Assembly (NCBI GenBank): GCA_964016885.1
Contig: OZ024740.1
Coordinates: 432,884,001-432,948,000, forward strand
DNA length: 64,000 nt
Source: Eledone cirrhosa
Lineage: Eukaryota
Reading direction: 5' to 3'
This document shows, piece by piece, positions 48,178 to 64,000 of this stretch. The position numbers were made by a program, and so were the translations under genes. The notes under the pieces were generated by a model. It was given only the letters and a program-made list of their open reading frames with translations. It searched no databases and had not been told where the DNA came from. Each line of letters starts with the position of its first letter. Position 1 is the stretch's first letter.

Positions 48178-51100
48178 AGACAACAACAGTGACAACAACA
48201 ACAGTGACAACAACAGTGACAACAACAACAACAGTGACAACAACAGTGACAACAACAACAGTGACAACAAAAACAGTGACAACAACAGTGACAACAACAA
48301 CAGTGACAACAACAACAGTGACAACAACAGTGACAACAACAACAGTGACAACAACAGTGACAACAACAGTGACAACAACAGTGACAACAACAGTGACAAC
48401 AACAACAGTGACAACAACAGTGACAACAACAACAGTGACAACAACAGTGACAACAACAACAGTGACAACAACAGTGACAACAACAACAGTGACAACAACA
48501 GTAACAACAACAACAGTGACAACAACAGTGACAACAACAGTGACAACAACAGTGACAACAACAACAGTGACAACAACAACAGTGACAACAACAGTGACAA
48601 CAACAGTGACAACAACAACAGTGACAACAACAGTGACAACAACAGTGACAACAACAGTGACAACAACAACAGTGACAACAACAACAGTGACAACAACAAC
48701 AGTGACAACAACAACAGTGACAACAACAGTGACAACAACAGTGGCAACAACAACAGTGACAACAACAACAGTGACAACAACAGTGACAACAACAACAGTG
48801 ACAACAACAGTGACAACAACAACAGTGACAACAACAGTGACAACAACAGTGACAACAACAACAGTGACAACAACAACAGTGACAACAACAGTGACAACAA
48901 CAGTGACAACAACAACAGTGACAACAACAGTGACAACAACAGTGACAACAACAACAGTGACAACAACAACAGTGACAACAACAGTGACAACAACAGTGAC
49001 AACAACAACAGTGACAACAACAACAGTGACAACAACAACAGTGACAACAACAGTGACAACAACAGTGACAACAACAACAGTGACAACAACAACAGTGACA
49101 ACAACAGTGACAACAACAACAGTGACAACAACAGTGAGAGCAACAACAGTGACAATAACAGTGACAACAACAACGGCGACAACAACAGTGACAACACAAC
49201 AGTGACAACAACAGTGACAACAACAGTGACAAAAACAACAGTGACAACAACAGTGACAACAACAACAGTGACAACAACAACAGTGACAACAACAACAGTG
49301 ACAACAAAAGTGACAACAACAACAGTGACAGCAACAGTGACAACAACAGTGACAACAACAGTGACAACAACAGTGACAACAACAGTGACAACAACAACAA
49401 TAACAACAACAGTGACAACAACAGTGACAACAACAGTGACAACAACAACAGTGACAACAACAGTGACAACAACAGTGACAACAACAGTGACAACAACAAC
49501 AGTGACAACAACAGTGACAACAACAGTGACAACAACAACAGTGACAACAACAGTGACAACAACAGTGACAACAACAGTGACAACAACAACAGTGACAACA
49601 ACAGTGACAACAACAGTGACAACAACAACAGTGACAACAACAGTGACAACAACAGTGACAACAACAACAGTGACAACAACAACAGTGACAACAACAGTGA
49701 CAACAACAGTGACAACAACAACAGTGACAACAACAGTGACAACAACAGTGACAACAACAGTGACAACAACAGTGACAACAACAACAGTGACAACAACAAC
49801 AGTGACAACAACAGTGACAACAACAACAGTGACAACAACAGTGAGAGCAACAACAGTGACAATAACAGTGACAACAACAACGGCGACAACAACAGTGACA
49901 ACACAACAGTGACAACAACAGTGACAACAACAGTGACAAAAACAACAGTGACAACAACAGTGACAACAACAACAGTGACAACAACAACAGTGACAACAAC
50001 AACAGTGACAACAAAAGTGACAACAACAACAGTGACAGCAACAGTGACAACAACAGTGACAACAACAGTGACAACAACAGTGACAACAACAGTGACAACA
50101 ACAACAATAACAACAACAGTGACAACAACAGTGACAACAACAACTGTGACAACAACAGTGACAACAACAGTGACAACAACAACAGTGACAACAACAACAG
50201 TGACAACAACAACAGTGACAACAACAGTGACAACAACAGTGACAACAACAGTGACAACAACAACAGTGACAACAACAGTGACAACAACAACAGTGACAAC
50301 AACAACAATGACAACAACAGTGACAACAACAGTGACAACAACAGTGACAACAACAACAGTGACAACAACAACAGTGACAACAACAACAGTGACAACAACA
50401 GTGACAACAACAACAGTGACAACAACAACAGTGACAACAACAGTGACAACAACAGTGACAACAACAACAGTGACAACAACAGTGACAACAACAACAGTGA
50501 CAACAACAGTGACAACAACAGTGATAACAACAGTGACAACAACAACAGTGACAACAACAACAGTGACAACAACAACAGTGACAACAACAACAGTGACAAC
50601 AACAGTGACCACAACAACAGTGACAACAACAGTGACAACAACAGTGACAACAACAGTGACAACAACTACAGTGACAACAACAACAGTGACAACAACAACA
50701 ACAGTGACAACAACAGTGACAACAACAACAGTGCAACAACAGTGACAACAACAGTGACAACAACAGTGACAACAACAGTGACAACAACAACAGTGACAAC
50801 AACAACAGTGACAACAACAGTGACAACAACAGTGACAACAACAACAGTGACAACAACAGTGACAACAACAACAGTGACAACAACAGTGACAACAACAACA
50901 GTGACAACAACAACAGTGACAACAACAACAGTGACAACAACAACCGTGACAACAACAACCGTGACAACAACAACAGTGACAACAACAGTGACAACAACAG
51001 TGACAACAACAGTGACAACAACAGTGACAACAACAGTGACAACAACAACAGTGACAACAACAACAGTGACAACAACAACAGTGACAACAACAGTGACAAC

Positions 51101-54100
51101 AACAACAGTGACAACAACAGTGACAACAACAACAGTGACAACAACAACAGTGACAACAACAACAGTGACAACAACAGTGACAACAACAACTGTGACAACA
51201 ACAGTGACAACAACAGTGACAACAACAACAGTGACAACAACAGTGACAACAACAACAGTGACAACAACAGTGACAACACCAGTGACAACAACAGTGACAA
51301 AAACAACAGTGACAACAACAGTGACAACAACAACAGTGACAACAACAACAGTGACAACAAAAGTGACAACAACAACAGTGACAGCAACAGTGACAACAAC
51401 AGTGACAACAACAGTGACAACAACAGTGACAACAACAGTGACAACAACAGTGACAATAACAACAGTGACAACAACAACAGTGACAACAACAACAGTGACA
51501 ACACAACAGTAACAACAACAGTGACAACAACAGTGACAACAACAACTGTGACAACAACAGTGACAACAACAGTGACAACAACAGTGACAACAACAACTGT
51601 GACAACAACAGTGACAACAACAACAGTGACAACAACAACAGTGACAACAACAACAGTGACAACAACAACAGTGACAACAACAGTGACAACAACAGTGACA
51701 ACAACAACAGTGACAACAACAGTGACAACAACAACAGTGACAACAACAACAATGACAACAACAGTGACAACAACAGTGACAACAACAGTGACAACAACAG
51801 TGACAACAACAACAGTGACAACAACAACAGTGACAACAACAACAGTGACAACAACAGTGACAACAACAACAGTGACAACAACAACAGTGACAACAACAGT
51901 GACAACAACAGTGACAACAACAACAGTGACAACAACAGTGACAACAACAACAGTGACAACAACAGTGACAACAACAGTGATAACAACAGTGACAACAACA
52001 ACAGTGACAACAACAACAGTGACAACAACAACAGTGACAACAACAACAGTGACAACAACAGTGACAACAACAACAGTGACAACAACAACAGTGACAACAA
52101 CAGTGACAACAACAGTGACAACAACAACAGTGACAACAACAGTGACAACAACAACAGTGACAACAACAGTGACAACAACAGTGATAACAACAGTGACAAC
52201 AACAACAGTGACAACAACAACAGTGACAACAACAACAGTGACAACAACAACAGTGACAACAACAGTGACCACAACAACAGTGACAACAACAGTGACAACA
52301 ACAGTGACAACAACAGTGACAACAACTACAGTGACAACAACAACAGTGACAACAACAACAACAGTGACAACAACAGTGACAACAACAACAGTGCAACAAC
52401 AGTGACAACAACAGTGACAACAACAGTGACAACAACAGTGACAACAACAACAGTGACAACAACAACAGTGACAACAACAGTGACAACAACAGTGACAACA
52501 ACAACAGTGACAACAACAGTGACAACAACAACAGTGACAACAACAGTGACAACAACAACAGTGACAACAACAACAGTGACAACAACAACAGTGACAACAA
52601 CAACCGTGACAACAACAACCGTGACAACAACAACAGTGACAACAACAGTGACAACAACAGTGACAACAACAGTGACAACAACAGTGACAACAACAGTGAC
52701 AACAACAACAGTGACAACAACAACAGTGACAACAACAACAGTGACAACAACAGTGACAACAACAACAGTGACAACAACAGTGACAACAACAACAGTGACA
52801 ACAACAACAGTGACAACAACAACAATGACAACAACAGTGACAACAACAGTGACAACAACAGTGACAACAACAGTGACAACAACAACAGTGACAACAACAA
52901 CAGTGACAACAACAACAGTGACAACAACAGTGACAACAACAACAGTGACAACAACAACAGTGACAACAACAGTGACAACAACAGTGACAACAACAACAGT
53001 GACAACAACAGTGACAACAACAACAGTGACAACAACAGTGACAACAACAGTGATAACAACAGTGACAACAACAACAGTGACAACAACAACAGTGACAACA
53101 ACAACAGTGACAACAACAACAGTGACAACAACAGTGACCACAACAACAGTGACAACAACAGTGACAACAACAGTGACAACAACAGTGACAACAACTACAG
53201 TGACAACAACAACAGTGACAACAACAACAACAGTGACAACAACAGTGACAACAACAACAGTGCAACAACAGTGACAACAACAGTGACAACAACAGTGACA
53301 ACAACTACAGTGACAACAACAACAGTGACAACAACAACAACAGTGACAACAACAGTGACAACAACAACAGTGCAACAACAGTGACAACAACAGTGACAAC
53401 AACAGTGACAACAACAGTGACAACAACAACAGTGACAACAACAACAGTGACAACAACAACAGTGACAACAACAACCGTGACAACAACAACCGTGACAACA
53501 ACAACAGTGACAACAACAGTGACAACAACAGTGACAACAACAGTGACAACAACAGTGACAACAACAGTGACAACAACAACAGTGACAACAACAACAGTGA
53601 CAACAACAACAGTGACAACAACAGTGACAACAACAACAGTGACAACAACAGTGACAACAACAACAGTGACAACAACAACAGTGACAACAACAACAGTGAC
53701 AACAACAGTGACAACAACAACTGTGACAACAACAGTGACAACAACAGTGACAACAACAACAGTGACAACAACAGTGACAACAACAACAGTGACAACAACA
53801 GTGACAACACCAGTGACAACAACAGTGACAAAAACAACAGTGACAACAACAGTGACAACAACAACAGTGACAACAACAACAGTGACAACAAAAGTGACAA
53901 CAACAACAGTGACAGCAACAGTGACAACAACAGTGACAACAACAGTGACAACAACAGTGACAACAACAGTGACAACAACAGTGACAATAACAACAATAAC
54001 AACAACAGTGACAACAACAGTGACAACAACAACTGTGACAACAACAGTGACAACAACAGTGACAACAACAGTGACAACAACAACAGTGACAACAACAACA

Positions 54101-57100
54101 GTGACAACAACAACAGTGACAACAACAACAGTGACAACAACAGTGACAACAACAGTGACAACAACAACAGTGACAACAACAGTGACAACAACAACAGTGA
54201 CAACAACAACAATGACAACAACAGTGACAACAACAGTGACAACAACAGTGACAACAACAGTGACAACAACAACAGTGACAACAACAACAGTGACAACAAC
54301 AACAGTGACAACAACAGTGACAACAACAACAGTGACAACAACAACAGTGACAACAACAGTGACAACAACAGTGACAACAACAACAGTGACAACAACAGTG
54401 ACAACAACAACAGTGACAACAACAGTGACAACAACAGTGATAACAACAGTGACAACAACAACAGTGACAACAACAACAGTGACAACAACAACAGTGACAA
54501 CAACAACAGTGACAACAACAGTGACAACAACAACAGTGACAACAACAACAGTGACAACAACAGTGACAACAACAGTGACAACAACAACAGTGACAACAAC
54601 AGTGACAACAACAACAGTGACAACAACAGTGACAACAACAGTGATAACAACAGTGACAACAACAACAGTGACAACAACAACAGTGACAACAACAACAGTG
54701 ACAACAACAACAGTGACAACAACAGTGACCACAACAACAGTGACAACAACAGTGACAACAACAGTGACAACAACAGTGACAACAACTACAGTGACAACAA
54801 CAACAGTGACAACAACAACAACAGTGACAACAACAGTGACAACAACAACAGTGCAACAACAGTGACAACAACAGTGACAACAACAGTGACAACAACAGTG
54901 ACAACAACAACAGTGACAACAACAACAGTGACAACAACAGTGACAACAACAGTGACAACAACAACAGTGACAACAACAGTGACAACAACAACAGTGACAA
55001 CAACAGTGACAACAACAACAGTGACAACAACAACAGTGACAACAACAACAGTGACAACAACAACCGTGACAACAACAACCGTGACAACAACAACAGTGAC
55101 AACAACAGTGACAACAACAGTGACAACAACGGTGACAACAACAGTGACAACAACAGTGACAACAACAACAGTGACAACAACAACAGTGACAACAACAACA
55201 GTGACAACAACAGTGACAACAACAACAGTGACAACAACAGTGACAACAACAACAGTGACAACAACAACAGTGACAACAACAACAGTGACAACAACAACAG
55301 TGACAACAACAGTGACAACAACAACTGTGACAACAACAGTGACAACAACAGTGACAACAACAACAGTGACAACAACAGTGACAACAACAACAGTGACAAC
55401 AACAGTGACAACACCAGTGACAACAACAGTGACAAAAACAACAGTGACAACAACAGTGACAACAACAACAGTGACAACAACAACAGTGACAACAACAACA
55501 GTGACAACAAAAGTGACAACAACAACAGTGACAGCAACAGTGACAACAACAGTGACAACAACAGTGACAACAACAGTGACAACAACAGTGACAACAACAG
55601 TGACAATAACAACAATAACAACAACAGTGACAACAACAGTGACAACAACAACTGTGACAACAACAGTGACAACAACAGTGACAACAACAGTGACAACAAC
55701 AACAGTGACAACAACAACAGTGACAACAACAACAGTGACAACAACAACAGTGACAACAACAGTGACAACAACAGTGACAACAACAACAGTGACAACAACA
55801 GTGACAACAACAACAGTGACAACAACAACAATGACAACAACAGTGACAACAACAGTGACAACAACAGTGACAACAACAGTGACAACAACAACAGTGACAA
55901 CAACAACAGTGACAACAACAACAGTGACAACAACAGTGACAACAACAACAGTGACAACAACAACAGTGACAACAACAGTGACAACAACAGTGACAACAAC
56001 AACAGTGACAACAACAGTGACAACAACAACAGTGACAACAACAGTGACAACAACAGTGATAACAACAGTGACAACAACAACAGTGACAACAACAACAGTG
56101 ACAACAACAACAGTGACAACAACAACAGTGACAACAACAACAGTGACAACAACAGTGACCACAACAACAGTGACAACAACAACAGTGACAACAACAACAA
56201 CAACAGTGACAACAACAGTGACAACAACAACAGTGCAACAACAGTGACAACAACAACAGTGACAACAACAGTGACAACAACAGTGACAACAACAACAGTG
56301 ACAACAACAGTGACAACAACAACAGTGACAACAACAGTGACAACAACAGTGACAACAACTACAGTGACAACAACAACAGTGACAACAACAACAACAGTGA
56401 CAACAACAGTGACAACAACAACAGTGCAACAACAGTGACAACAACAGTGACAACAACAACAGTGACAACAACAACAGTGACAACAACAACAGTGACAACA
56501 ACAGTGACAACAACAACAGTGACAACAACAGTGACAACAACAGTGACAACAACAGTGACAACAACAACAGTGACAACAACAGTGACAACAACAACAGTGA
56601 CAACAACAGTGACAACAACAACAGTGACAACAACAACAGTGACAACAACAGTGACAACAACAACAGTGACAACAACAACAGTGACAACAACAGTGACAAC
56701 AACAGTGACAACAAGAGTGGCAACAACAACAGTGACAACAACAGTGACAACAACAGTGACAACAACAACAGTGACAACAACAGTGACAACAAGAGTGGCA
56801 ACAACAACAGTGACAACAACAGTGACAACAACAGTGACAACAACAACAGTGACAATAACAGTGACAACAACAACAGTGACAACAACAACAGTGACAACAA
56901 CAGTGACAACAACAACTGTGACAACAACAGTGACAACAACAGTGACAACAACAACAGTGACAACAACAGTGACAACAACAACAGTGACAACAACAGTGAC
57001 AACAACAGTGACAACAACAGTGACAACAACAACAGTGACAACAACAGTGACAACAACAACAGTGACAACAACAGTGACAACAACAACAGTGACAACAACA

Positions 57101-60100
57101 ATGACAACAACAGTGACAACAACAGTGACAACAACAACAGTGACAACAACAGTGACAACAACAACAGTGACAACAACAACAGTGACAACAACAACAGTGA
57201 CAACAACAACAGTGACAACAACAACAGTGACAACAACAGTGACAACAACAGTGGCAACAACAACAGTGACAACAACAACAGTGACAACAACAGTGACAAC
57301 AACAACAGTGACAACGACAGTGACAACAACAACAGTGACAACAACAGTGACAACAACAACAGTGACAACAACAGTGACAACAACAACAGTGACAACAACA
57401 ACAGTGACAACAACAGTGACAACAACAGTGACAACAACAACAGTGACAACAACAACAGTGACAACAACAACAGTGACAACAACAGTGACAACAACAGTGA
57501 CAACAACAACAGTGACAACAACAGTGACAACAACAGTGACAACAACAGTGACAACAACAGTGACAACAACAACAGTGACAACAACAGTGTTAACAACAAC
57601 AGTGACAACAACAACAGTGACAACAACAACAGTGACAACAACAACAGTGACAACAACAACAGTGACAACAACAGTGACAACAACAACAGTGACAACAACA
57701 GTGACAACAACAACAGTGACAACAACAGTGACAACAACAGTGACAACAACAACAGTGACAACAACAGTGACAACAACAACAGTGACAACAACAACAGTGA
57801 CAACAAGAGTGACAACAACAGTGACAACAACAACAGTGACAACAACAGTGACAACAACAGTGACAACAACAACAGTGACAACAACAGTGACAACAACAAC
57901 AGTGACAACAACAACACTGACAACAACAGTGACAACAACAACAGTGACAACAACAACAGTGACAACAACAGTGACAACAACAACAGTAACAACAACAACA
58001 GTGACAACAACAACAGTGACAACAACAACAGTGACAACAACAGTGACAACAACAGTGACTTCAACAACAGTGACAACAACAGTGACAACAACAGTGACAA
58101 CAACAGTGACTTCAACAACAGTGACAACAACAGTGACAACAACAACAGTGACAACAACAGTGACAACAACAACAGTGACAACAACAGTGACAATAACAGT
58201 GACAACAACAACAGTGACAACAACAGTGACAACAACAACAGTGACAACAACAGTGACAACAACAGTGACAACAACAGTGGCAACAACAACAGTGACAACA
58301 ACAACAGTGACAACAACAGTGACAACAACAACAGTGACAACAACAGTGACAACAACAACAGTGACAACAACAGTGACAACAACAGTGACAACAACAACAG
58401 TGACAACAACAACAGTGACAACAACAGTGACAACAACAGTGACAACAACAACAGTGACAACAACAGTGACAACAACAGTGACAACAACAACAGTGACAAC
58501 AACAACAGTGACAACAACAGTGACAACAACAGTGACAACAACAACAGTGACAACAACAACAGTGACAACAACAGTGACAACAACAGTGACAACAACAACA
58601 GTGACAACAACAGTGACAACAACAGTGACAACAACAACAGTGACAACAACAACAGTGACAACAACAGTGACAACAACAGTGACAACAACAGTGACAACAA
58701 CAACAGTGACAACAACAGTGACAACAACAGTGACAACAACAACAGTGACAACAACAGTGACAACAACAGTGACAACAACAACAGTGACAACAACAGTGAC
58801 AACAACAGTGACAACAACAACAGTGACAACAACAGTGACAACAACAGTGACAACAACAACAGTGACAACAACAACAGTGACAACAACAGTGACAACAACA
58901 GTGACAACAACAGTGACAACAACAACAGTGACAACAACAGTGACAACAACAGTGACAACAACAACAGTGACAACAACAACAGTGACAACAACAGTGACAA
59001 CAACAACAGTGACAACAACAACAGTGACAACAACAGTGACAACAACAACAGTGACAACAACAGAGACAACAACAACAGTGACAACAACAGTGACAATAAC
59101 AGTGACAACAACAACAGTGACAACAACAGTGACAACAACAACAGTGACAACAACAGTGACAACAACAGTGACAACAACAACAGTGACAACAACAAGAGTG
59201 ACAACAAGAGTGACAACAACAGTGACAACAACAACAGTGACAACAACAACAGTGACAACAACAGTGACAACAACAGTGACAACAAGAGTGGCAACAACAA
59301 CAGTGACAACAACAGTGACAACAACAGTGACAACAACAACAGTGACAACAACAGTGACAACAAAAACAGTGACAACAACAGTGACAACAACAGTGACAAC
59401 AACAGTGACAACAACAACAGTGACAATAACAGTGACAACAACGACAGGAATAACAACAGTGACAACAACAACAGTGACAACAACAGTGACAACAACAGTG
59501 ACAACAACAACAATAACAACTCAACAGTGACAACAACAACAGTGACAACAACAGTGACAACAACAGTGACAACAACAACAGTGACAACAACAGTGACAAC
59601 AACAACAGTGACAACAACAGTGACAACAACAACAGTGACAACAACAGTGACAACAACAACAGTGACAACAACAGTGACAACAACAACAGTGACAACAACA
59701 GTGACAACAACAACAGTGACAACAACAACAGTGACAACAACAACAGTGACAACAACAGTGACAACAACAGTGACAACAACAACAGTGACAACAAGAGTGA
59801 CAACAACAACAGTGACAACAACAACAGTGACAACAACAGTGACAACAACAACAGTGACAACAACAGTGACAACAACAGTGACAACAACAGTGACAACAAC
59901 AGTGACAACAACAACAGTGACAACAACAACAGTGACAACAACAGTGACAACAACAGTGACAACAACAACAGTGACAACAACAGTGACAACAACAACAGTG
60001 ACAACAACAGTGACAACAACAACAGTGACAACAACAGTGACAACAACAGTGACAACAACAGTGACAACAACAACAGTGACAACAACAGTGACAACAACAA

Positions 60101-63100
60101 CAGTGACAACAACAACAGTGACAACAACAACAGTGACAACAACAACAGTGACAACAACAGTGACAACAACAGTGACAACAACAACAGTGACAACAACAAC
60201 AGTGACAACAACAACAGTGACAACAACAGTGACAACAACAGTGACAACAACAACAGTGACAACAACAACAGTGACAACAACAACAGTGACAACAACAACA
60301 GTGACAACATCAGTGCCAACAACAGTGACAACAACAACAGTGACAACAACAGTGACAACAACAACAGTGACAACAACAGTGACAACAACAACAGTGACAA
60401 CAACAACAGTGACAACAACAGTGACAACAACAGTGACAACAACAACAGTGACAACAACAGTGACAACAACAACAGTGACAACAACAGTGACAACAACAGT
60501 GACAACAACAACAGTGACAACAACAACAGTGACAACAACAACAGTGACAACAACAGTGACAACAACAGTGACAACAACAACAGTGACAACAACAACAGTG
60601 ACAACAACAACAATGACAACAACAACAGTGACAACAACAACAGTGACAACAACAACAGTGACAACAACAACAGTGACAACAACAACAGTGACAACAACAG
60701 TGACAACAACAGTGACAACAACAACAGTGACAACAACAACAGTGACAACAACAGTGACAACAACAACAGTGACAACAACAACAGTGACAACAACAGTGAC
60801 AACAACAACAGTGACAACAACAGTGACAACAACAGTGACAACAACAACAGTGACAACAACAACAGTGACAACAACAACAGTGACAACAACAGTGACAACA
60901 ACAGTGACAACAACAACAGTGACAACAACAACAGTGACAACAACAACAGTGACAACAACAACAGTGACAACAACAACAGTGACAACAACAACAGTGACAA
61001 CAACAACAGTGACAACAACAACAGTGACAACAACAGTGACAACAACAGTGACAACAACAACAGTGACAACAACAACAGTGACAACAACAACAGTGACAAC
61101 AACAGTGACAACAACAACAGTGACAACAACAGTGACAACAACAACAGTGACAACAACAACAGTGACAACAACAGTGGCAACAACAACAGTGACAACAACA
61201 ACAGTGACAACAACAGTGACAACAACAACAGTGACAACAACAGTGACAACAACAACAGTGACAACAACAGTGACAACAACAGTGACAACAACAACAGTGA
61301 CAACAACAACAGTGACAACAACAGTGACAACAACAGTGACAACAACAACAGTGACAACAACAGTGACAACAACAGTGACAACAACAACAGTGACAACAAC
61401 AACAGTTTCAACAACAGTGACAACAACAGTGACAACAACAACAGTGACAACAACAACAGTGACAACAACAGTGACAACAACAGTGACAACAACAACAGTG
61501 ACAACAACAGTGACAACAACAGTGACAACAACAACAGTGACAACAACAACAGTGACAACAACAGTGACAACAACAACAGTGACAACAACAACAGTGACAA
61601 CAACAGTGACAACAACAACAGTGACAACAACAGTGACAACAACAACAGTGACAACAACAGTGACAACAACAGTGACAACAACAGTGACAACAACAACAGT
61701 GACAACAACAGTGACAACAACAGTGACAACAACAACAGTGACAACAACAGTGACAACAACAACAGTGACAACAACAGTGACAACAACAGTGACAACAACA
61801 ACAGTGACAACAACAACAGTGACAACAACAGTGACAACAACAATAGTGACAACAACAGTGACAACAACAGTGACAACAAGAGTGGCAACAACAACAGTGA
61901 CAACAACAACAGTGACAACAACAGTGACAACAACAGTGACAACAACAACAGTGACAACAACAGTGATAACAACAACAGTGACAACAACAACAGTGACAAC
62001 AACAACAGTGACAACAACAACAGTGACAACAACAACAGTGACAACAACAGTGACAACAACAACAGTGACAACAACAGTGACAACAACAGTGACAACAACA
62101 GTGACAACAACAGTGACAACAACAACAGTGACAACAACAACAGTGACAACAACAGTGACAACAACAGTGACAACAACAACAGTGACAACAACAGTGACAA
62201 TAACAGTGACAACAACAACAGTGACAACAACAGTGACAACAACAACAGTGACAACAACAGTGACAACAACAACAGTGACAACAACAGTGACAACAACAGT
62301 GACAACAACAATGACAACAACAACAGTGACAACAACAACAGTGACAACAACAGTGACAACAACAGTGACAACAACAACAGTGACAACAACAGTGACAACA
62401 ACAACAGTGACAACAACAGTGACAACAACAACAGTGACAACAACAGTGACAACAACAACAGTGACAACAACAGTGACAACAACAACAGTGACAACAACAG
62501 TGACAACAACAACAGTGACAACAACAGTGACAACAACAACAGTGACAACAACAGTGACAACAACAGTGACAACAACAGTGACAACAACAACAGTGACAAC
62601 AACAACAGTGACAACAACAGTGACAACAACAGTGACAACAACAACAGTGACAACAAGAGTGACAACAACAGTGACAACAACAGTGACAACAACAACAGTG
62701 ACAACAACAGTGACAACAACAGTGACAACAACAACTGTGACAACAACAACAGTGACAACAACAACAGTGACAACAACAGTGACAACAACAGTGACAACAA
62801 CAACAGTGACAACAACAGTGACAACAACAGTGACAACAACAACAGTGACAACAACAACAGTGACAACAACAGTGACAACAAGAACAGTGAAAACAACAAC
62901 AGTGACAACAACAGTGACAACAACAGTGACAACAACAACAGTGACGACAACAGTGACAACAACAGTGACAACAACAGTGACAACAACAGTGACAACAACA
63001 ACAGTGACAACAACAGTGACAACAACAACAGTGACAACAACAGTGACAACAACAGTGACAACAACAACAGTGACAACAACAGTGACAACAACAGTGACAA

Positions 63101-64000
63101 CAACTACAGTGACAACAACAGTGACAACAGCAACAGTGACAACAACAGTGACAACAACAACAGTGACAACAACAGTGACAACAACAGTGACAACAACAAC
63201 AGTGACAACAACAGTGACAACAACAACAGTGACAACAACAGTGACAACAACAGTGACAACAACAGTGACAACAATAACAGTGACAACAACAGTGACAACA
63301 ACAACAGTGACAACAACAGTGACAACAACAGTGACAACAACAGTGACAACAACAACAGTGACAACAACAACAGTGACAACAACAGTGACAACAACAGTGA
63401 CAACAACAACAGTGACAACAACAGTGACAACAACAGTGACAACAACAACAGTGACAACAACAGTGACAACAACAGTGACAACAACAACAGTGACAACAAC
63501 AACAGTGACAACAACAGTGACAACAACAGTGACAACAACAACAGTGACAACAACAACAGTGACAACAACAGTGACAACAACAGTGACAACAACAACAGTG
63601 ACAACAACAACAGTGACAATAACAGTGACAACAACAACAGTGACAACAACAGTGACAACAACAACAGTGACAACAACAGTGACAACAACAGTGACAACAA
63701 CAACAGTGACAACAACAACAGTGACAACAACAGTGACAACAACAACAGTGACAACAACAACAGTGACAACAACAGTGACAACAACAGTGACAACAAGAGT
63801 GGCAACAACAACAGTGACAACAACAGTGACAACAACAGTGACAACAACAACAGTGACAACAACAGTGACAACAACAACAGTGACAACAACAGTGACAACA
63901 ACAGTGACAACAACAGTGACAACAACAGTGACAACAACAACAGTGACAATAACAGTGACAACAACAACAGTGACAACAACAGTGACAACAACAACAGTGA
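48178..64000. repeat. AGTGAC(AAC)2-3 satellite of 12- and 15-bp units, over 15.8 kb, open at the window end
   Basis: Read directly. There are rare 18- and 21-bp units, strong A/C strand skew and recurrent marker variants. Confidence 0.98.

Noticed and set aside
48073-63994. Giant Cys/His-, Leu/Ser-, Val- or Thr-rich proteins (metallothionein-, keratin-associated- or mucin-like)
   Set aside because: Five of six frames are open by repeat composition, frames swap at indels, and there is no ATG, signal peptide or domain.

Overview
Eukaryotic, repeat-dominated animal DNA. The SINE and RTE-LINE families resemble those of octopus/coleoid cephalopods; this assignment is from recall, not a search. 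About 80% of the window is three tandem arrays: a 41-bp satellite (1-6028), a 37-bp satellite with nested higher-order repeats (17558-46940) and a 12/15-bp AGTGAC(AAC)n satellite (48178-64000). Almost all long ORFs in the track are artefacts of these arrays. The island at 6-17.5 kb holds decayed RTE LINE fragments, tRNA-derived SINEs, hAT-, piggyBac- and mariner-type MITEs, three long near-perfect palindromes within 1.1 kb, and degenerate hammerhead-like motifs. It also holds one credible first coding exon on the minus strand (15392-15605), tentatively ENTR1/SDCCAG3-like. The main theme is that several tandem repeats appear to have arisen from retroelement sequence. No CRISPR array, rRNA, genuine tRNA or prokaryotic operon is supported.
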